DNA from: Selaginella moellendorffii
Taxonomy: Eukaryota; Plantae; Lycopodiophyta
DNA: 5,570 nt
NCBI RefSeq assembly: GCF_000143415.4
Contig: NW_003314327.1
Span: 1,092,900-1,098,469, forward strand
Reading direction: 5' to 3'
The translations under genes were made by a program, and so were the position numbers. Under the pieces are notes generated by a model. That model worked only from the letters and a program-made list of their open reading frames with translations. It was not told where the DNA came from and searched no databases. Every line of letters begins with the position of its first letter. Positions within the stretch are counted from its first letter, which is position 1. This document shows positions 1 through 5,570 of the stretch, one piece after another.

Positions 1-230
1 TTGTAACTCATGGTGATTGTGCTCCGGTTGTGGGCATGCAATGGAATGGTATCCAATGATACTTGGTAGCTCTGAAGATCAAGCCCTATAAAATATCAAA
101 AAACTATATATGAACAGTAAAGAATATGAATTTCAACCTTCATTGTGATAATTGTGTTACTAAAAAACTGTTATGGCAAACACAGATATATAACATGAAA
201 TAACAGCGTGTTACATAGAGAAACACTTAG
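1..230 (-). mobile_element. Degenerate Ty1/Copia pol (RNase H) relic
   Basis: The minus strand reads ITMKVE...LQSYQVSLDTIPLHAHNRSTITMSY (~150-2), resembling Copia STxEAEY...LxDYGxxLDTIPLxCDNxSAIxxSxNP. A frameshifted CFSM*HAVISC (from 225) resembles CFSLGSAVISW. A weaker ILGYL (~390) may extend it. It runs off the window start. Confidence 0.42.
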
Positions 231-1071
231 TTTGCAAGATTAATCTTATTGTATATCAATCATTAGATGGTAGAATAGGATGTATTTGGGAAAGTCTATA
301 AACTATAAACATATTTGAAAATTATGAATAAAAGACTAATCTTAATGAATAACAACAATTAGACAGTAGAATATCCCAAATACCCAAGTATAATCTAGGT
401 ACATCAACTACCCTTTTTGTTTGCATAAGCAAACCAAAAACATTTTACAATTATAGTATTTCTATTTATATATCAAACAGGAATATAAGAAACTTAAAAA
501 AAAACATTCTAGCTTTTCTTTGATCAAATAATCATGTGATTGGATATTTGTCTCTGACAATAAAAGGTTTGGCTATTTTTAAATAATTCTAAATAATGTT
601 ATTAAAACACTACTGACAACACTAAAATAATAAAATATAAATAATAATATAATATTTCTAAATCAGATTGACTGAATTTACTAAATATAAAGAAAGAATT
701 CTTTAAAAGCCTAAATATCATTATAATTATATTAAATTATAAAAGAATATTTATAGTATTAAAAAAATTATTTAAGTAGAATATAATCACAAAACAATAT
801 GATAATATAGTCTTGGTTATGTTTTATCTAAAGATTAAAAATTTTAAACATTTTCAAATTATTATGGCATTACTATATAATTTCAGAAAAGAACTATACT
901 ATATTAATAAATTATTTAGAAATTATTGATTAATTAAGTAGTTCACTTTGTTATTTTAGTTCTTCAAGAAAAATAGGGTTTTTAGCTCATGATTTATCTA
1001 TTAATTTTCTCCTTCATATTTTTAAAAATGTAGAATAATTTTAAAAAACTATGACTAATAGTTTTGGCCTA

Positions 1072-1091
1072 TCCATAAAGGTCCATAAAGG
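1072..1091. repeat. Perfect 10-bp tandem duplication (TCCATAAAGG x2)
   Basis: 1072-1081 and 1082-1091 are identical. Confidence 0.9.
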
Positions 1092-1095
1092 TTTT

Positions 1096-1123
1096 TTATG
1101 TATGTTATGATTAATATGAACAT
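1096..1123 (+). repeat. 28-bp dispersed direct repeat (second copy at 1493-1520)
   Basis: TTATGTATGTTATGATTAATATGAACAT versus TTATGTATGTTATGATTAGTATGAACAT, 27/28 identical. Confidence 0.93.
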
Positions 1124-1490
1124 TTCATGTATAAATATGAATGTAAAATTTTAAAAAATTAAAATAACAGAAATGTACATGACATTTCCAACTAATATAT
1201 ATTTGGAAATTTTTTATAGCTAAAACTTCTGTATCTAACTATAAATAAATATGATGCAAGAAGTGTTTGTAAAATATGTATTACCCTAGAGTAACTCAAT
1301 CACAACAATTAGGAACACATAGGAACTTGTCATGTCAAGAAAATGAATTATCATATGTAAAGCTACTTATATGTCTATATCTCCATCTAATTTGTCATAC
1401 TGCATTATAAAAGTTTATTCAACTTGTATGATGAATGATGATATATCCCAGATTGATGGTATTGCCCAGATTCTCTGATGTTATTAGAAT

Positions 1491-1533
1491 TGTTATGTAT
1501 GTTATGATTAGTATGAACATAACATACATAACA
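1491..1533. repeat. Perfect 16-bp inverted repeat with 11-nt spacer
   Basis: TGTTATGTATGTTATG (1491-1506) is the exact reverse complement of CATAACATACATAACA (1518-1533). Confidence 0.95.
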
Positions 1534-1957
1534 GCTACAATTGTTCATTGGCAGCAAGTCTCTTAGTAAGTTTTGGATTTTTTAGACTCTAGTTGTTCAC
1601 TAAGATCGCAGCTACTTTTTGACATCAGCTGCAACCAACTCCCAACTACTGCCAAGCACATGTCATAATACACCAGCACTAATTGTTGTTGAAAAGCAGC
1701 TTCAAGCCTCTCATCCTTAAGATCTTCTCTGAGATGCCTTCTGAATCTTCTATAAACAATAACCAACTGATCAACTATAGCAGTAGCCATAGCAACCACA
1801 GAAACCATAGTTGTTGCCCTGTCCATCCCACATAACCCTAATGATATGGCATTAATCAATGACAAATTAGCACTAACTTAGTAGTAACTTGATTTTAGAA
1901 TATTTTAGAATAATCTAATATGGATGATGGTTACATATACAATATCATTGTCATTTT

Positions 1958-2005
1958 ATCATCGTCATCGTTAACAAAATGATGGTGATGGTCACATGTG
2001 TAGTG
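1958..2005 (+). mobile_element. Putative DNA-transposon right/3' terminus (CACTA-like ...GTAGTG, or Helitron-like hairpin plus GTAG|T), copy 1
   Basis: A 15-bp stem, ATCATCGTCATCGTT (1958-1972) / AATGATGGTGATGGT (1978-1992), has 11 Watson-Crick and 4 G-T pairs with a 5-nt loop. It is followed by CACATGTGTAGTG, whose reverse complement begins CACTACAC. No matching other end was found in the window. Confidence 0.4.
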
Positions 2006-2180
2006 TCAGCCACAACAACCACAGAAACCATAGCCGTTGCCCTATCCATCCCACATAACCCTAATGATATGGCATTAATTAATGATAAATCAGCACTGAC
2101 TTAGTAGTAACTTGATTTTAGAATATTCTAGAATAATCTGATATGGATGATAGTTACATATACAATGTCACTGTCAGTTT

Positions 2181-2228
2181 ATCATCGTCACCGTTAACAA
2201 AATGATGGTGATAGTCACATGTGTAGTG
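2181..2228 (+). mobile_element. Putative DNA-transposon right/3' terminus, copy 2
   Basis: Same hairpin (2181-2195/2201-2215, two mismatches relative to copy 1) and CACATGTGTAGTG end. The duplication stops 2 nt beyond GTAGTG. Confidence 0.4.
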
Positions 2229-2787
2229 TCCCTAAGGGAGACTCCTTATTGTTCGACATACAAATGCTACTTTCACTAACAAGAAATATCAATGCCTCAA
2301 TTATACACCTTCACTATCTAACAAGTTACTATGAGTATCAAATGAATTCACTAATAAGCTCTTATAAGTGAATGTTACAACCTTTATAAGATCTTAATAG
2401 GGCAAACTCTCAAAGAACTAAGGTACCAACATCAGCTTAGTATAATGAACCATTATTGAGAATCTAGTCAAAGTTATTATGATGCTATTACATGAGCAAC
2501 ACCATAAGCTAACCCATATTATTACTTCAAAGATTTATATAAGTATCAAATGCCAACTCTATTCGACAAAATGCAACATAAATGCCATATCCCACCAATA
2601 TAGATTTATAAACCTAATAGTAAGCCACCAATTTTTCCATTATACTTTAGTCATTTAACCATACTTTCAACCACTTGGAAGAATCTAACTCACAACCTCC
2701 ATAATTTCTATTCCCAACTTAGGGACTTGATAGCCCCATGAAAGCCACTTTCAATCTGATAAAGGAAATCACAATTGGTGGGTTCAA

Positions 2788-4326
2788 GTGATTCCCATGG
2801 ATAGATTATCTCCAGCTTTAAAGAAAAGTACCATCACAGAAATCAAGGTAAAGTATTTTCTCTTTGGCTGGATGTAACACTACATTTTATGGATGCTCAT
2901 GCAGAGAAGAGTGATGTGTAGCAATTTTCCTTGTCTTCTTTTATTTCCCAAGGCTACTACAACGAATGGAAAGGCTCTAATATCGTTTAAGCCCAATGCC
3001 TTTGTTCCTGGATTTCCAATACAACCTGTTGTGGTTAAGTACCCACATGTTCATTTTGATCTATCCTAGTATGTGCTTGAAACACCAACTTGATAGCCTC
3101 TCATCCTTTTCCTTCACAGGGGCAACATCTCTTTGAAAAGCTTGATCCCTCAGATGCTACTCCAATTTCACAATTTTATGCAGGTCAGATGAATTTTTGT
3201 CTAAGCTTAAGAAACCATTTTTTGGGGAATCAGGTTCATTATCTTCCTGTTATATATCTCTTGTCACATGAAAAGTCCCATCCAGTGGATTATGCACAAA
3301 GGGTAAACGTGCTTGAAACTAATACTCATACTTATCATTCTTTTGATTTTCAGGTGAGATATGCAATGGCAAGGAGACTCAACGTTCTAGAAATGGAACA
3401 CTGTTATAGTGATTTACTCCTTTCTGCAAGATCATTGTTGCTGAAATGGTACGTCCTTGAAATCTTGTGAGTTTATTTAGTTTGCTCTTTCTTTAACCTT
3501 TTTCAACCTTGTTCACACTTGAAATGAGAAAAATGGACATGGTAAGTTATCGGCATCGAGTTCTTTCTTACAGAGTTGTTCTCAGAGATCTCAGACCTGA
3601 CCTCCCAAGTTTTCTCATAGTAACTCCAGCTTACAGATGCTGACACACTCTACTATTTGGAGAAATTCTCAATCATGAATTCATCTTGCAGGTAAATCTA
3701 TCAGCCTGCTCTTTTCCTGTTCACATAGTCCTCTTCTACTCATGCAATGGACAACTGAGTTCTTGCAAAGCCTGGGACTTACACATTCTCCATTCGAAGA
3801 GCAGGTAAGAAGCGAAGATCGATATGTCTTAAGAAAACTGGCTACTCACATCAGAAATTCACAGGCTTTTGTGATGTTTGACAGGAAAAAGCATGAATTT
3901 GTCACCTTCCAAGAGGTAAGCATTGTCACTACTGGCTTGCTCCCAACACTATCTGATTGATGCAGTTTGTGGCCGCATCAGTATCTTTGTCCAGAAATGC
4001 AAGCTTTTTGAAGCTGCTGGATTTGATGTTTTGTCATGTGCAAGAACAGTGAAGAAATGCTTCTCATGGACAAGGTAAGCTTTTTTATCTCACACTTTTG
4101 CTTTAAATCTTGTGTTCTTTCTTGAAAGGTTGCCACACTTTGGAGAGGAATTGTGTTGGATCTACAAGCAAGGTGGCTTTCATACACTACAGCATCATTT
4201 CGATTCATTTTAACACTAAAGGTGCTTGTGGATCAATTTTGTAAACAAACCGACTGGATGGACCATGCAACATTTTGCTTATATCTTAAAAGATATCCAG
4301 AGTTAATATTTCCTATGAAGTTGTAG
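2788..4326 (+). pseudogene. LPEAT2: 5'-truncated, intron-retaining pseudogene of a lysophospholipid acyltransferase (LPEAT2/LPCAT-like; PlsC domain C-half plus EF-hand region)
   Basis: Manual splicing gives exons 2788-2847 (VIPMDRLSPALKKSTITEIK), 2905-3068 (RRVMCSNFPCLLLFPKATTTNGKALISFKPNAFVPGFPIQPVVVKYPHVHFDLS), 3120-3183 (GNISLKSLIPQMLLQFHNFMQ), 3234-3302 (VHYLPVIYLLSHEKSHPVDYAQR), 3354-3448 (VRYAMARRLNVLEMEHCYSDLLLSARSLLLK), 3497-3541 (PFSTLFTLEMRKMDM), 3621-3691 (*LQLTDADTLYYLEKFSIMNSSC), 3748-3804 (GQ/EFLQSLGLTHSPFEEQ), 3865-3915 (AFVMFDRKKHEFVTFQE), 3966-4074, 4129-~4172 and ~4222-4326 (..MDHATFCLYLKRYPELIFPMKL*). These are colinear with plant LPEAT2 as I recall it (LLFPEGTTTNGK..GAFIPGYPIQPVVVRYPHVHFDQSWGNISL..QFHNFMEVEYLPVIYP). 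Lesions: split Trp codon TG|G>TA|G (3067-3068/3120), TAA at 3621-3623, acceptors AG>AA at 3495-3496 and 3746-3747 (probably 2786-2787 too), frameshifts near 3447, 3755, 4038 and probably 4170, and the conserved FPEGT motif changed to FPKAT (2950-2955). The N-terminal exons with the HxxxxD motif were not found. The last intron's boundaries are uncertain. Confidence 0.93.
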
Positions 4327-4392
4327 GTAGAAGGAAGTTTCTTGAGTCTTAAAGGTTTGTATTCCTAAATTGAGAGTCATTCTTTCTATAGG

Positions 4393-4408
4393 ATGGAAAA
4401 TTTTCCAT
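4393..4408. repeat. 16-bp perfect palindrome ATGGAAAATTTTCCAT
   Basis: Self-reverse-complementary; lies about 67 nt downstream of the pseudogene stop codon. Confidence 0.85.
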
Positions 4409-4489
4409 AAATTTTCTTAAACTTTTCTAATGGTTGATTTGTTGATCATTTTTCCTGAAAACCATTTCGTTTTTTGAAAGCTAATACAA

Positions 4490-5570
4490 ACTAGTAAAAG
4501 GAGTTGACTTCAGTTAGCTTAAACCTTAGTATGTAGTTTGTATGATGCAGTCCGAAAGGGATGCTAACTTTGGGGCTAAAGCAATTGAGTTGGATAAAGC
4601 CTAGAGTTGCTGTAGAAAAATTGCTATTGCACTTTTCTAGAAAGATAGCCCTTATGCCTTTCTTTTATAGTGTTATGCTTAGTATTGCACCTTGTATTTC
4701 ATTAGACTCTATAAAAATGGTAAGCTCTCATTGATCTTGACTTAGTCTTGGTAATCTTGTGTGTTGGTTGAGGATGTTGATGTCTAACTTAGTAATTTGT
4801 ATTTAAGGTGTTAATACCTTGTTTATAAGGAGGTTGTGTACCAATATGAGTCCATTTCATGGTTTTCACTTTAATTTCGATTGAGTGTTGATCATGCATA
4901 GCTAACCTTTTTAAAGCATGCTCTAAGCTATTGGCTAAATATGCTAGTAAGCTTATTGCAATTCAATTAGATTTGAATGATCATTTAGTCTATGCTTGTC
5001 CATATTCTTATATCTTGTACTTATGATATTACCTTCATGTTGGATAAGTATATGACTTGATAGCATAAGTTTAGTGTTTGGGTCTTATAAAGACAAGTTC
5101 AAAAAGTGATTATTAGTTGCTTTGCAATTAATGATTACTTATAGACTTTGTTGAGGACTTTTGACACTTGTTTCACTTGATGAAGATTTATCAATGATGG
5201 GCTTGCTTTACAAAATGGTGTTGTGGAGAATTGTGTTATTAAATTTATATAGTTTTTCCATGTTGGTGTATCAATTCTACCTCTATCAATATCATTTAGT
5301 TACGTTTAGTCAGTCGTGTTGGATTATATTGAATCTTAGATGTAATGAATCACTCTTTGATGATGTATTATCTATAACTAAGTTTTGCTGAAGGACACTG
5401 AGTAAAGTATCTTCAAATGATTAACTTTATTGCTGAAGAGCTTGGAGTGGTGATTCACTTTTTGCTTTCTTCTAGCTTTGTTATGGTGTTGATGGCATTG
5501 AAGTGATGCTTTATTGTTAACATTATTATTGCGACGATTCGAATGAAATAAAGTGTCTCTCTATAGGTTA
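4490..5570 (-). mobile_element. Highly degenerate LINE (non-LTR retrotransposon) ORF2 relic: end of endonuclease, linker, start of RT region
   Basis: One stop-riddled minus-strand frame contains LYKFNNTILHN (~5252-5220; cf. LINE WKLNNSLL just after the APE domain). 164 codons later in the same frame is LPRLSQDQ*ELTIFIESNEIQGAILSITL*KKG (from 4754; cf. L1 [35 protein letters not shown]), then SIPFGLHHTNYILRFK (cf. LPNSFYEASIILIPK). The coding strand is A/C-rich. Boundaries are approximate. Confidence 0.55.

Larger units (their letters stand above)
560..1260. other. Extremely AT-rich low-complexity non-coding tract
   Basis: Visibly dominated by A/T runs with no ORF and essentially no CpG. Boundaries are approximate. 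Confidence 0.7.
1785..2230. repeat. Tandem duplication, 2 x 223 bp (1785-2007 and 2008-2230)
   Basis: Direct ungapped alignment of the two units gives 17 mismatches by manual count (about 92% identity), of which 16 are transitions and 1 is a transversion. Confidence 0.97.

Noticed and set aside
608-622. CACTAC as the left end of a CACTA element pairing with 2005/2228
   Set aside because: The match stops after 6 nt (CACTACTG vs CACTACAC) and there is no matching 3-bp TSD.
1785-2230. LTR pair or CRISPR-like array
   Set aside because: The units are directly adjacent, lack TG...CA ends, PBS and PPT, and have no repeat-spacer structure; the context is eukaryotic.
2655-2787. Remnant of the preceding LPEAT2 exon (LFPT / IPNLGT words)
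   Set aside because: Isolated short matches in different frames, with no consistent alignment or GT donor.
3090-3470. 126-aa ORF as a standalone gene
   Set aside because: It starts in an intron, reads exon 3 out of frame and passes through the in-frame 51-nt intron. Only two segments are true LPEAT2 exons.
3742-3960. 72-aa ORF as a standalone gene
   Set aside because: Two pseudo-exons joined by an in-frame 60-nt intron; the ATG lies in intron sequence just before the mutated acceptor.
3978-4208. 76-aa minus-strand ORF
   Set aside because: Antisense to LPEAT2 exons and introns, with no recognisable protein features.
2788-4326. Functional gene rescued by RNA editing or non-canonical AA acceptors
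   Set aside because: Plant C/U editing is organellar and cannot repair G>A acceptor changes or several frameshifts; the N-terminal catalytic motif is also missing.
4393-4431. Palindrome plus CTAA|T as a Helitron 3' end closing the captured gene
   Set aside because: The stem is AT-rich and loopless and lies about 22 nt from the end of CTAA, unlike the canonical GC-rich hairpin about 11 nt away. The CTAG|T at 4491-4495 has no convincing hairpin.
5161-5391. 76-aa plus-strand ORF
   Set aside because: TTG start and hydrophobic composition expected from T-rich DNA; antisense to the probable LINE relic.
2231-5570. Long terminal inverted repeats (Pack-MULE) flanking the pseudogene, suggested by opposite strand skew of the flanks
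   Set aside because: The reverse complement of the left flank shows no alignable similarity to the right flank on manual comparison.

Overview
Eukaryotic, plant-type nuclear DNA that is AT-rich and heterochromatin-like, with no intact gene. The core (2788-4326, +) is a 5'-truncated, intron-containing pseudogene of a lysophospholipid acyltransferase of the LPEAT2/LPCAT type (PlsC domain plus C-terminal EF-hand region). It has 12 recognisable exons and very short introns (48-79 nt, Selaginella-like compactness, an inference). It is disabled by stops, AG>AA acceptor mutations and frameshifts, and most recognisable substitutions are C>T/G>A transitions. The flanks appear to be decayed mobile DNA: a probable Ty1/Copia RNase H relic (about 1-230, -), a probable LINE ORF2 relic (about 4490-5570, -), and a 2 x 223 bp tandem duplication whose units each end in a hairpin plus GTAGTG resembling a CACTA or Helitron terminus. 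A perfect 16-bp hairpin at 1491-1533 looks like a templated DNA-repair scar. The supplied ORFs are mostly intron read-through or antisense artefacts. I do not see convincing evidence of a novel biological system. The most unusual signals are the duplicated putative transposon end, the repair scar and a motif shared between different introns. Protein comparisons are from memory, not from searches.
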